A stretch of DNA of 63,950 nt, counting the filler, from Octopus bimaculoides (lineage: Eukaryota), in NCBI RefSeq assembly GCF_001194135.2. It is 5 parts of 5 records of this genome, joined end to end, with 100 filler letters (N's around TTAATTAATTAA, not from the genome) between each part and the next. Parts side by side here need not be neighbours in the genome. Positions count along the whole stretch, not along the records: positions 50,929 to 60,204 come from NC_068985.1; positions 60,305 to 62,240 come from NW_026425670.1; positions 62,341 to 63,950 come from NC_068987.1; 2 more parts are not named here. One strand, 5' to 3'. Position 1 is the first letter of the stretch; every line of letters begins with the position of its first letter. A program made the translations under genes and the position numbers. Under the pieces are notes generated by a model. That model saw nothing but the letters and a program-made list of their open reading frames with translations. It was not told the origin of the DNA and searched no databases. Below are positions 50,929 to 63,950 of the stretch, in pieces.

Positions 50929-51211
50929 GGGGGCAATGTAATCAACTATTTCCAGCCTTGCACCTATAGTAGTAAGGATTATCATCATCATCATTGTTAT
51001 GATTATTAAGGTGGCAAGCTGGCAGAATTGTTAGCACGCCAGTCAAAATACTTAGCAGTATTTCACCCATTGCTACTTTCTGAGTTCAAATTCTACTGAG
51101 GTTGACTTTGCCTTTCATCCTTTTGGGGCCAATAAAATTAAGTACCGGTGTCAATGTGATCGACTTACTCCCTCCCCCAAAACTTCAGGCCTTGTGCCTA
51201 CAGTAGAAAGG

Positions 51212-51244
<33 letters not shown>

Positions 51245-51801
51245 GTTGAATGAGAGAGCAGTGCATGCCATCAAAGTAACACTGGGTAAAATATACGAAG
51301 CCCATTATACCCATCAGGACAACCCGTCTGATAAGGGTACACCAGGCACACGCATCACAACCATATGTGTGCGACATGGTGATCTCATATCAAGATGAAC
51401 GGCACACGACCTCACAGGTGGGGGCCCAGTTAGAATTTTCTTCAGGTCAAGTAGCCCATTCCACTCAAAAGGTCCCTGAATAAGGTTTGTTTAAGGATGT
51501 TGAGCAAAACACCTATGTTTCCAAAAGTGAATTATTCAAACCTCAAAGAATTCCTCTCAACACATGGCTATGATGCTCCTCCACTACTTCTGCTCATGAT
51601 CAGAGATGCACATATCGTCAGCCACCAAGGGACATGCTCAACTGGTTAAGGTCAAACAACTGACAAGCAAATCTGTGGTATTGAGCAGAATATTTGCTGC
51701 AGCCCATCTTTTATACCAAGACAAAACAATGTACATGATAACACTTCCAATCAGTTAAGATCAGAAGCCATGAGAACCACTGCCTGGTATTGCATCCAGG
51801 C

Positions 51802-51855
<54 letters not shown>

Positions 51856-52070
51856 CATCATTAAGGTAGTGAGCTGACAGAATCATTAGCATGCCAGGCA
51901 AAATGCTGCTATATGCTCTGAGTTCAAATTTTGTCAAGATTAAGTCTGCCTTTCATCCTTTAGGAGTCGATAAAATAAGTACCAGCTGAGCACTGGGGTT
52001 AATGTAATCAACTTGACCTCTCCCCCAAAATTGCTGGCCTTGTGTCAAAATTTGAAATCATTATCATTAT
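50929..52070 (+). mobile_element. CpG-depleted SINE family A copies (~50929 tail, 51008-51215, 51862-52070)
   Basis: Family A sequence with most CpG changed to TpG/CpA. Confidence 0.8.
51246..51800 (-). mobile_element. (TAA)n-tailed retroelement 3' fragment, copy B
   Basis: Shares blocks with 1279-1737 (CCAGTTAGAATTTTCTTC, CATATCGTCAGCC.CCAAGGGACATGCTC, GAGCAGAATATTTGCTG); flanked by (TTA)n on both sides. Confidence 0.65.
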
Positions 52071-55000
52071 CAATATTAAAGCAGTTAATTAGTTGAGTTG
52101 GTAAGAGGGCTGGAGATGGTGTAGATGTTAAATGATTGCTATAATAAGAACAATAATCATGTTTATCATTATCATCAAGACTTATTAGATTAACAGTTAC
52201 TAATGTATATTTCCAGTTTCCTAATGCTTCATTCTCATGATAAAACTCTTTCAATAGGTTGCCTGGATCTACTAGAAATAACAACCTAATCTCCCTCAGA
52301 TCTCATTCTATCATGGTAAAAAAGAATGTACACATTGCATATTGTAGTCCAAGATATAAATGCTTTAACAAAAGGGGTAAAAAAAAATGATCACCACCCA
52401 CAGAATGGCTTTGATAATAGGTCTGCTCAATTAACCTGGAGTAACAAATGCTTTCTTCAAAGCAATTAAAACTCAGCACCTCCAACTACCTTATTATTGC
52501 CAACGACACCATTAACACTATCTCCTTCACTTTAATCACCTAAAGGCTTTCTTGAAAACCAAACGACACTCAACATGTTTTCCTCTCACCATCTCTATCC
52601 TCGGTTATGGTATCAGCATTATCATTTTCATTATCAACACCTTCTCCAAATAAATATAACTACCACCATCTCCATCTCGAACACCACCATTACAAACATC
52701 ATATTCATCGTTGACATCTCTACTAACCTATATCATCACCAATATTATTACAATCATCAGTGTTGCGACTAACACTATCATCACCACTTATAACAACAGC
52801 ACCTTGACCCTTACTACTACAACCAACACTACAAGTATCCACATCACCACCAATGACTTCAGCGTAGCCACCACCACCACCATCATTATCACCACCACCA
52901 CCACCACCACCACCACCACCACCACNNNNNNNNNNNNNNNNNNNNNNNNNNNNNNNNNNNNNNNNNNNNNNNNNNNNNNNNNNNNNNNNNNNNNNNNNNN
53001 NNNNNNNNNNNNNNNNNNNNNNNNNNNNNNNNNNNNNNNNNNNNNNNNNNNNNNNNNNNNNNNNNNNNNNNNNNNNNNNNNNNNNNNNNNNNNNNNNNNN
53101 NNNNNNNNNNNNNNNNNNNNNNNNNNNNNNNNNNNNNNNNNNNNNNNNNNNNNNNNNNNNNNNNNNNNNNNNNNNNNNNNNNNNNNNNNNNNNNNNNNNN
53201 NNNNNNNNNNNNNNNNNNNNNNNNNNNNNNNGTACCACTTCTATTACTAACCCTTCTGGCACATCCATCACCATCTCAATAACACCACCATTACTACCAC
53301 TACCACTACCATCACTACCCACAATAACAACAACAACAACAGGACCACTTCTATTACCATCACATCTGGCACATCCACCTCCACCACAATCAACCCCTAC
53401 AGGTATTCCCATCGTCGCTACCACCAGCATTGCCACCATCAAGACCTTCATCAATATCACTGTCCCCGACAACACTTTTGTCATTGCTGCCACTGCTACC
53501 ACCGCTACCCCCACCAACAACAATGTCAACACCACCAACAGCAGCAACAATAACACCTCGAGTGTTCCCACCACAAATGGAACTAACACCACTACCAACA
53601 CCATTTTCACCAAACCCAACATCTTATTTCAGCACTGATAGGTATCATAAAAATATCAACAACAACAACAACAATAACACCAATCAAATAAAGCAGTAAG
53701 ACAATTAGTAGTTATTCCAATCTCAAGAGGTACCCTATTTACTTTCTGAAGAGTTCTGAGGGTTTACATCCATCAGTCAAGTATCTCATTGACCTCCAAA
53801 ATTCAGATTTGCAAGTTAAGGGGTAATTCTGCAATTTACATTTTTTTTTTTTTAATTGTTTTCCTCTTTCATTTCTATTTTTCTTTTGTGATTTTCTGGT
53901 TGTTTTGTTTTATTATATTAAGGGATGAGAATAGCAGTGTGAGTGGTGGTGGGCAGAATCAGGAAATTGACTATTAAGGAGCGAGAGGAACTTAACAAAA
54001 AAATATAAAAATTGAAATATAAAATAATAAAGCTCAAAAGCAAAAACCAACTACTACAATTTTCCAATGGTTTTAAAATGAAACCTTAGTTCCCTGCAGG
54101 CATTTGGAGCATTACATAAAAGTACTAAATTAATAGAGTCGTGAGGCAGTGTGCTGGCAGAATTGTTAGCATGCTGGGAAAAATGTTTAGCAGTATTTTG
54201 CTTGTCTTAACATTCTGAGTTCAAACTCTGCCACGGTCAACTTCGTATTTCAGTTTCGATAAAATAGGTACCAGTTGGTCACTGGGATTGATCTAATAGA
54301 TTCACCTTTGTGCCTAAATTTGAAACTAAATTAGTAGAATACTTTTTTGGTATTTGTTCTACCTCTCAGTACTCTGAGTTCAAATATCACTCAGGTCAAT
54401 TTCACTTTTCATCCTTTTAGGGTCAATAAAAAAGTATAAATGCAGGATTGACAGCATTTCGACAGCAATACCTGTGATGATAGTACTACCAAGCTGTGTT
54501 TGGTCCAAGTAGGGCTTGCCTACCTTATGCCTGAGAAGACTGGATCTGGTGAACTCTTTACTCTTTTACTTGTTTCAGTCATTTGACTGCGGCCATGCTG
54601 GAGCACCGCTTTAGACGAGCAAATTGACCCCAGGACTTGTTCTTTGGAAGCCTAGTACTTATTCTATCAGTCTCTTTTGCTGAACCGCTAAGTTACGGGG
54701 ACGTAAACACACCACCATCGGTTGTCAAGCGATGCTGGGGGACAAACACAGACACNNNNNNNNNNGCTATAGTAGAAGACACTTGCCCAAGGTGCCACGC
54801 AGTGGGACTGAACCCGGAACCATGTGGCTGGTAAGCAAGCTACTTACCACACAGCCACTCCTCTCTTTTTCTTTTTTTTTTTGGAAGAAAGCTTCATGGT
54901 TCCAAGGATGGGAAGGTGGCTGCAGCAATGCATTGTGGAATGCAGAGAGAAAGATGAGGCAAGTAAGAAGACATCTTGGTCATCCACTGCATCTCTCTCC

Positions 55001-57702
55001 ATCCCCAGTCATCTTGACTTGACCTGGTCTTGCCACTGGACTGAAGAGGGTCACAAGCAAGGAAGTCTGGTTGACAGTGCCCAACTTAGCTTCATTTTAA
55101 ACTGGCAACATCCAGCCTAAAATATTCTACATGTTTTATGTTCAAAGTGGCCTGACCTGGTCTCTCACACCTACCAGGCAATGTCATTCTAAACATAAAC
55201 AATTACATCATTGAAATCTTGAAGCTACAAGATAATGCATGGTTAATTCAAAACAATGTGAATAAATAATCATTACATTTGACTGAGTAATCTGAATGCT
55301 AAAGGGTTAAATGAAATCACTGGGAAAGTCATCAGCCATATTCAAGAAGGATTAGATAATCCTCTTCACTCTGACAGATAGACATATGTGGTCCAAGTCA
55401 GCAGCCTTCCCTTAGGATAAACCTCAATGGCATGGAAAGAAAAGACCTGCATTCAAGGACAGCTGCCTGCTTTACTCAAAAAATCTTGCTTCAGCCTGCA
55501 TGTACATGGGAAGACCCAAACAAGGTCAGGTCAACCTTGGCCATTGGAGGCCTTCCTTCCAATTTTACAATTATCATAATAAAGATGGAATGGACGTACA
55601 GGCAAACCCTTAAATTTATTTATTTATTTTTTTTTTGCTGTTGTTGTTGTTTAGCTCCTGAACAACTTTAATCAAGCAGACCATACATTCAAAGGTATTC
55701 CAGTCATGATTATTCCCTCCATTTAGGGGTTTGGGGAGGATGGAAGTATCTAGAGCTATATTGTCTGATGTAAGCATTTCTTATTTAAAGTGAGGATGAT
55801 AAAATTGATAAGATTTCAAATCGCGGTGTGGGAATCCACTTGTTTGGATGAACTTGAAAACCATGGAAAGTGGCTGAATATTCCACAGCAAAGGAGGTGG
55901 AGGCTAATGGTGGTGGTGGTGGTGGTGGTGGTGATGATGATGACAAGGATGACTACAATGATGATAACAATCATGATGATGATGGCAATGACGTCAACAA
56001 TGATGAAAATGATAATGATGATGATTGAAGTTATAAACTTCAGATTTCTGGATTCTTAGGTTATGTTCCAAACCGAAATTTACTAAAGGAGACTCATCTT
56101 TAAACATTTTCCAAGTCCTTTGTTTGGTAACCCATAAAACAATGTCTTCAGTTGGTTTTCATCTATCTTTGATCAACATGTCTTCACTGAAGACATATTT
56201 CATTAAAATTTACAACTCAAAATGTGGGTTATTCATTCTAGAGGAAAATTATTGAAAACAATTTAGCCATTATACTGATCAAGTTGATTAATGAGTGATA
56301 ACTAGTGGCTCCTTCATAAACTTTTTCATAAACTGAAGTTTCTTTTATTTTTTAAGGGAGATTTGGGTGCTGCATTGAACATGTTGAATGATTGCCACAA
56401 AATCCTCTTACAGACTAATGAAGTGAATTGAAGTGAAAGTTGTTGAACTTTTTATTTTTAAATTGTCAAGAGGCAAATTAGTAGGGTTATCAAAGAATTA
56501 GACAGAATAATTAGTCCACATTACTCCATAAGGAGCATAGGACCAGTTTCCTGGTTTATCTGGTGTATATATTCTTCCCTGGGTGGGATGCTGATCCCTT
56601 GCAGGATTATTCATTTTTATCAGCTGAGTGGACTGGAGCAATGTAAAATTAAGTGTTTTGCTCAAGAACACAACACATTGCCTGGTCCAGGAATCAAAAC
56701 CACAGTCTTACAATCATGAGTCCCACACCATAACCACTAAGCCATGCACCTCTACACTGGACAGAATGCTTTGCAGTATTTGTTTTGACTGTCTGCACTC
56801 TGTGCTCAAATACCACCAAGGTGAACTTTGCCATTCATCCTTCAGGGTCGATTAAAAAAGAATGCAAATCCAGCAATCCAGCACCAGGGTTTGGAGGAAC
56901 TATGATAACATCAGACGGGATGCCTTGCAGTATTTGCTCAGGTTCTTTGCATTATAAGTTCAAATTCTGTTATGGCTTATTTTGCTGGTAGATTAATCTC
57001 ATTGCCCAGTTTAACAACACCACCAGGGTCAGATTAAGACCCATAGAGACCTTAAGCACGTAAAAGATTTTGGTTCCCCCTTATATATATATATAGTTCA
57101 AAATATAAACAATAAGAAACCATAAAATGAATTTTATTTTTCAAAATGAAACAAAACAAACAGTAAGATGGAAAATATTTATTTTTGTATACTTCCACTT
57201 TATTTATATTTGAAAAGTTCTCTTCTACTTTGTTTAACTGCAAATTCTTTGATCAGATCCTCACTATGACATCATGAACACTTTGAAGTTATATTTCCAA
57301 TCATATAAACCACTTTGAATATTATTTTAGCAAGTTTAAAGTAATTTCTTTTGTGCCCTAAACCATTTACAATTTCTGTGGTGTGTGGTGTCCCCTTTCC
57401 TTGATTCCCAAAGCACATGAATATTTGGCTTAATGCTTAATCCAGCACTGGCCACCACCTAACACTTTGGTTACCTTTAGTGGGGTTCACTCTGTTGCAA
57501 GCATTCAAGCAAGTTTTCCAGTTTGAGGATATCTAAAGTCTTGGAGTCTCTGTAATTAAGTCTTGGAGTCTCTGTAAACTATTAATAAATAATAAAATTT
57601 AACTGATAATTTAAGTGTTATAAGACATATACATGTTTCAGTAAACTGATTGGCATTATTACATTAAGCAATTGGCCAGATCGTATAATACAGTTGACTT
57701 AC

Positions 57703-57762
57703 TTCCTTGCATCCTCAGCAAAATATATTCACTGGGTATAGATCCTGTGCACTGCTTTTCTT
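57703..57762 (-). CDS. Candidate 60-nt internal exon of an unidentified host gene (EKQCTGSIPSEYILLRMQG)
   Basis: Pyrimidine tract and AG acceptor, GTAAGT donor, symmetric phase 1-1, open frame, inside the CpG-depleted contig; no family recognised. Confidence 0.3.
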
Positions 57763-58484
57763 CTTAACCAAAACATAAAAAATGAGAGAGGAAGAGCAAT
57801 GCCTATGAACCTTCTATAGGCTCTCCAAGACTTGTGGGAAGAAAAGAGGAATGTATCCTCATACTGGAGACCTGGTCTGAACAGCATCTAAGACAAAAGA
57901 CTCCACTAAAGTCACTCAAGAGCAAGGTGGGATGTTAAACCAAGCTACACATTAACTTGACCACTCAAGTAGGCCACAGAAGGATTTGAACTCAGAACAC
58001 TAAGAACCTGAACAAAAACAGCAAGGCATTTGCCCAATGGTCAAATGATTCTATCTGTTCACCTTTCTAGACTGCTACCTTCTTTATTGACCTTAGAAGG
58101 AAGTAAAACAAAAGTTTAACTTGAATGGGATTTGAAATCCAGAACAAATGCTTCAAGACATTTTAGTCCAATACTCTAATGCCTCTGCCAATTCACTGAT
58201 TATATTTACAACTGCAAGATGATAACTAAAATTGAATAAACGAAAATTTATTTTCCAGAGTGAAGGAAAGACCTCTATGTTAATAATTATACAAAATGTC
58301 TTTAAAATTAGTGATAGTTAACATAAATTTCACTCTGAAAGATGCAGCTGTACAATCATCACTTACCTTCCAAACATTTCTTCAACTAATATATCTACTT
58401 AGTCAACCTAATGATGACTAAGTACTGATGAAATATTCATACTCTTTCACATACACATAAGCACATAAATAATGTTTGTACACA

Positions 58485-58530
<46 letters not shown>

Positions 58531-58883
58531 AACACATACATATGAGCATGTATGTATTCATAAGGAAATGGATCATTCAACATAAATAATCGCTAATCAA
58601 ATATTTAATCTACTAAACTAGGGGAGATTTAATCTGATTAAAAATTAATTTAATGCAAAGAGACATGAATTTGTGGAAGATGTCGGTGAGATTTCTTTCC
58701 AAGTTGAGCAATCATTTAATCAGGGTTATATTGTAAATATCCTCATCATCATCATCATCATCCACAGCAGCAGCAACAGCACTGTTGTCGTTATTATACC
58801 ATTTATCATCATTATTTAGCGTATGTATTCCATGCTGGTATGGGTTGGACATAATAATATCCATCATTTTCATGGTCATTATT

Positions 58884-58945
<62 letters not shown>

Positions 58946-59686
58946 GGCCGATATTTGTCATTACCTATGTGACTGCTCGATCTGCTATAAATGGCAGATC
59001 CTTTTTTTATTTTTATTTTTACCCTACCTCTTAAAAATGGATACATATGCAAATGAAATAAAGTAAAAGGGTTAGAGTAAAGACCTCCTTTCGTCATGAA
59101 TGACCATGGGATTGCACCTAGAAAGTTACAAGGCACAAGTCTAGCCAAGCTTGTTTATGGAAGACCAGCAGTTGCCCATGCATACCAGCCTCTTCTCTCC
59201 ATGCCACTGATGTTATCCAAGAGAAAGGCAAAGGTCGATACAGCTTGGCACCAGTGATGTCATAACTCATTTCTACAGCTGAGTGAACTGGAGCAACATG
59301 AAATAAAGTGTCTTGCTCAAGAACACAACACATAGTCCAGTCTGGGAATCGAACTCACTACCTCATGATTATGCACCCAATGCTCTAACCACTGAGTCAA
59401 ATACCTTCACATGGGATAAAGTAGACATGACTATGATGTCTGAAGAGAAGTGTGGATTGTCATGGCTAGAATGTCAGCCAAAAATGGCAATTCAACACAC
59501 AGAAATAGGTCCTCTTTATCAGTGCTGATATAGAGTCGCACAAAAATGGCCGCAACAAAACCAGGAGCCAACATGGGTGCCACTACACAACCATTCAAAT
59601 TGCAAGAAACTGCAGCCAAATCTCTTTTCAGTTACACTTTACTCTCTTATAAAGCATAGAAAAAGTTAGATACTTTGGTTCTAGAT

Positions 59687-59989
59687 CAGAGGTTCTTAAC
59701 TGGAGTCCATATGGTCCCTAATGATCCATATAAGATTTCTGAGGGTCCACATAACAAAATAGTAAATTGTGGATCCACAATAGTATTTTAAGGGCCCTTG
59801 AAAATTTTTTCCTTTAGATGTATGTATTGGTATGTGTTGCATGAAAGAGCTAGGTTTCTTTCTCAAATGTTTTACATACTTCAACCTATACAAGCTAATG
59901 TAAGAAAAACAAAGTAGGAATTTTGAAAGAAGTGTCTATAAAACTAGCTTTTTAGGGGTCCATAAATAAAAAATGGTTGAGAACCCCTG
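59687..59989. mobile_element. hAT (Charlie-type) MITE
   Basis: TIRs CAGAGGTTCTTAAC / GTTGAGAACCCCTG; perfect 8-bp TSD TTCTAGAT at 59679-59686 and 59990-59997. Confidence 0.9.
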
Positions 59990-60965
59990 TTCTAGATGCA
60001 TTTTATCTGAAAATAAGACAGGATGATCATGGTTTGAACATCTTTGATCGTAGATCAGCTACATTGGGGTTGTCCTGAGGCTAAACAAGAACAGCATTAT
60101 TTTAGATTACTTTAATGTAATTTTTTATGCACCATTACCCCACCCCCATCATCACCATCATAGATAGAAACTATTGAAAACCCATATATATATATATATA
60201 TATANNNNNNNNNNNNNNNNNNNNNNNNNNNNNNNNNNNNNNNNNNNNTTAATTAATTAANNNNNNNNNNNNNNNNNNNNNNNNNNNNNNNNNNNNNNNN
60301 NNNNAAGAAGAAGAAGAAGAAGAAGAAGAAGAGGAGGAGGAGGGGGAGAGCAGGAGGAGGAAAACGACACCATGATAACGACGCTCATGAAGAAGATACA
60401 ATATGAATAAGTATAAGAATAATAAGAAAAGTATTATGATGATGATGATGTTGATGACGTTGATTATGATGTTGAAGGGGAAGAAGAAGATGAAAAGGAG
60501 GAGGTGGAAACGAACAAAATGTAAGACATGAAAGAAATGGGTGAGGCGGAAAAGATGAAGAAGGGAAAGGTGTTACGATTGAGACAATGAATTCGTTCGA
60601 GTAGAAATAATAAAAACTGCTGATGACATATTAAAAGAGNNNNNNNNNNCGCGAATAAGATGAAGGAAGGAATGTCGGAGGATGATAATCATGATGAAGA
60701 TGATGATATATGATGATGATGATGATGATGATGATGATAAAGTTGAAGGTAAATATTATGATGATGATGTTGATGACACTNNNNNNNNNNTGATGATAAA
60801 GTTGAAGGTAAATATTATGATGATGATGTTGATGACACTGATGATGATGTTGTTGGTGATAATTATGAACTTTACGACGACGAATAATGTGGAACAGGAT
60901 CAGAATGTTGATGATGATCGTGTTAATGTCAATATCAATGAATAACCTAACAATTCTGTTGTTGT

Positions 60966-61003
<38 letters not shown>

Positions 61004-62561
61004 NNNNNNNNNNNNNNNNNNNNNNNNNNNNNNNNNNNNNNNNNNNNNNNNNNNNNNNNNNNNNNNNNNNNNNNAAGAAGAAGAAGAAGAAGAAGAAGAA
61101 GAAGAAGAAGAAGAAAATGATAATGAGGATGATGATGATGATGACGTTTGATACTGACGAGAATGATTAGTGATGAANNNNNNNNNNATGATGATGATGA
61201 TGACGTTTGATACTGACGAGAATGATTAGTGATGAATAATACGTTGAAGAAATCGCGGTGATGATGATAATAATAGTGATGATGTAGCTGATTGTGATGA
61301 TGATGATAATGATGATGAGGAGGAGGAGGAGGGGGGGAAAAGAGTATTGATGAGAAACAAGTGGAGCGAGAAGATATTGAAAATATCGAGAATTGGTGTG
61401 ACAATTATGTATGATTAAGTATAAGGAAAGTATGATTACAATAATAAATCGATGGCATTGATGGTGATGATGATGATGAGGAAGAGGAGGATGATGAAGC
61501 GGAGAGTAATGACAAGGATAATGCTGAATCTGATCGTGATTAGGACAATAAAATTGATGTTAATGAAGATGCCCATGATGATGATGTTCGAGGTTCGGAT
61601 ATGAATGCGAGCTGAATGCTGATGACAATAATGAGTAAATATTGTAGTGATGACAGTGATAATGACGGTGGAGATGATGACGAGCATGGTGATGACGAGA
61701 AAAAGACATTGAGAAAAAGAGAGGAAAGGAAAATAAAGGAAGTAATGAAGAAAAGCAGAAAGTAAGAAAAAATGAAAGAAAGAAAGAATGGAAAGAAGGA
61801 AGGAACACGAGAAGGAAGAAAAGAAATAAGAAATGAAGTTGTTGAAGAAAATATAAAGGTAAAAAAGTAGATGAGAACGTTGAAATGTCGGTATAACATC
61901 ACGCAATGGAAGAGTCGAGTCATTTCATGTACATCTGAAATTCCACAGTATCTGAAGGGTTTCTTAATGAAACGATGTTTTTTATATTCTACAACACTAA
62001 AATTGTGTCTATATGCCACACACATAAAGCATTGATGAGATTATAGAATTAATCTACAGCATAATACTTACAGTCATTCAAAGGTGTAACATATGCTCTC
62101 TCAGTTGAATGTTTGAAGAAGTCCTACGTTACATCATACTGTCATTTCACTGACACATGCTAAACTGATACATATTGTTACGAACGCCCGCACGCAAAGC
62201 ATTTGGCTGCCAGTATCCCATCTCTCTGTCCCTCTCTCTCNNNNNNNNNNNNNNNNNNNNNNNNNNNNNNNNNNNNNNNNNNNNTTAATTAATTAANNNN
62301 NNNNNNNNNNNNNNNNNNNNNNNNNNNNNNNNNNNNNNNNTGAATGGGACTGAGCAGCGGGAAATGGAATGTCTTGCTTAAGAAGAAAACGCACCACTTG
62401 GTCCGGGAATTGAACCTGCGATCTAACGATCCTGAGTGTAACAGCTTCAAAACTATGCCACACGCCTTCACATACACACACAAACACAAACACACACACA
62501 CACACACAAAACACACGCACACATACACACGCACACACACACATACACATTCATACGCACG

Positions 62562-62603
<42 letters not shown>

Positions 62604-62959
62604 TCCCAACACATATGATCATGTATGTATACTATGAAAAGATTTCTTAATTCCTTAAGGAATAGTCGTACGGGTGTCGTGTTGGGTATCTTCGACTTGG
62701 TGGAGACAATCTCTCTCCTGGTCTGAACAGCGCAGTCGATTTCTCTCAGAAAGAGTGAAAGGAAGAGAGAGAAGAGGAGGGCAGGGAGGGAGAGAGAGAG
62801 GGAAAGAGAGAGTGAGAGAGAGGGGAGGAAGGCAAAAAATGCAAAAGAGAATGACTACTATTTTTATCAGTCACAAACAGAGGAAAGGCAAATTTGGCCG
62901 ATGTGAATACATCACAGGTAAGCACATTAACGGTAGTATGATAGAGCAAAAGGGGCACA

Positions 62960-63885
62960 AGAAGCAGCTGATAGAAATGAGGCCAAGGGATTTTAGTCTT
63001 ATGTTCAGGACGTATATGGCCCAAAATCTTCTTCAATAGATCCAGTGAGACCAGCAAATGGACGTTTACTTCTGACTGACACCGCTTCTATTCATAAGCG
63101 CTGGGTAGAACATTTTTCTGCACTTTTGAATAAACCATCATCCACTGACATAAGGACGATAGAAAAAATCGAACACTTTCCAGTTATAGAAGAGATGGCG
63201 TTTGAACCACCTCTAAATGACATTTATTTAGCTGTGAATAAGCTGAATAACAATAAGTCTCCAGGGTCTGATGGAATCTGTGCAGAGGTCTTGAAAAAAT
63301 GTTTGAACTCTTAAGTATATTAGTTTGTCACTGTTGGAGAACTGAGAAAGTGCCTCAAGAATGGATTGATGTCGTTGTAGTCTCCTTGTATAAATCGGGG
63401 CCAAAGGATCTGTGTGGTAATTTTCGTGGGGTTTCACTTTCGTCTGTGGTTGGAAAGGTACTTACCCGCATTTTTTTTAGAACGTTTAAATACCTTCATA
63501 GTTCCAAATATAGTGTCTGAGTCTCAGTGTAGTTTTCGTTCCTCCAGGGGCACGGCTGATTGTATCTTTACTATCAGACAATTACAAGAAAAGTGCATTG
63601 AACAGCATCTTGCTCTATACCATTGCTTGGTTAATTTGAGCAAAGCATTCGATACTGTTAACCGAAATGCTCTGATGAGAATTCTAAGGAAAATACGTTG
63701 TCCAGAAAAAATTGTAAACATGATCCGGGCTTTTGCATCAAGATATGAAAGGTAGAGTTAAATTTGGTGGTAGGCTCTCTGAATCTTTTGCTGTGGAAAA
63801 TGGAGTAAAGCAAGGAGACCTTGATGTACCCACTCTCTTTGCAATATACTTTGCTGTTTTGTTGTCACATGCTTTTCGAAATTAT
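62960..63885 (+). mobile_element. RTE-clade LINE reverse-transcriptase fragment, frameshifted
   Basis: RWVEHFSALLN, NNKSPGSDGICAEVLK, NFRGVSLSSVVGKVL, SQCSFRSSRGTADCIFTIRQLQEK, NLSKAFDTVNR, GVKQGD..VPTLF. Confidence 0.9.
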
Positions 63886-63950
63886 TTTTCCGTGAATTAT
63901 TTGCTCTGCATACATACATACATATATACATACATACATGTATATATATA

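Noticed and set aside
52711-53640. Thr/Pro-rich mucin-like and Gly/Val-rich ORFs
   Set aside because: Decayed (ACC)n/(AAC)n microsatellite spanning a gap; no signal peptide, domain or splice support.
57536-57578. 22-bp tandem duplication AAGTCTTGGAGTCTCTGTAA; similar 15-bp repeat at 29700-29735
   Set aside because: Ordinary local slippage duplications.
537-63950. Long ORFs of poly-I, Y, K, S, VC, HT, YLSI or X
   Set aside because: Translations of microsatellites and N gaps.

Overview
Repeat-saturated, AT-rich animal DNA with many N gaps. The SINE families, microsatellite load and element repertoire point to an octopus, probably Octopus bimaculoides (inference). I can identify no intact host gene; nearly all listed ORFs are translated microsatellites. 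Recognisable content is decayed mobile DNA: a Penelope GIY-YIG endonuclease, a Ty3/gypsy pol remnant, three Tc1/mariner remnants, a Helitron 3' end, R4/Dong-, RTE-, Tx1- and CR1/L2-like LINE pieces, a hAT MITE with a perfect 8-bp TSD and dozens of SINEs. There are also a tRNA-iMet pseudogene and a 5S rRNA pseudogene. The most striking hidden layer is about a dozen type I hammerhead-ribozyme motifs from several unrelated repeat families. They include (i) an apparently complete 432-bp retrozyme-like insertion (12-bp TSD, 80-bp terminal redundancy, intact core) at 5655-6110, (ii) two MITE-looking palindromes (7986-8281, 37145-38221) that are inverted pairs of hammerhead-bearing Penelope-type pseudo-LTRs, and (iii) cores with compensatory G3:C8 and U3:A8 swaps of the conserved C3:G8 pair. 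Penelope-associated hammerheads are known in general; I cannot check whether these families have been described. The gap-bounded contig 50929-60204 is also sharply CpG-depleted, suggesting a methylated gene body or a mis-join. All alignments and folds were done by eye.
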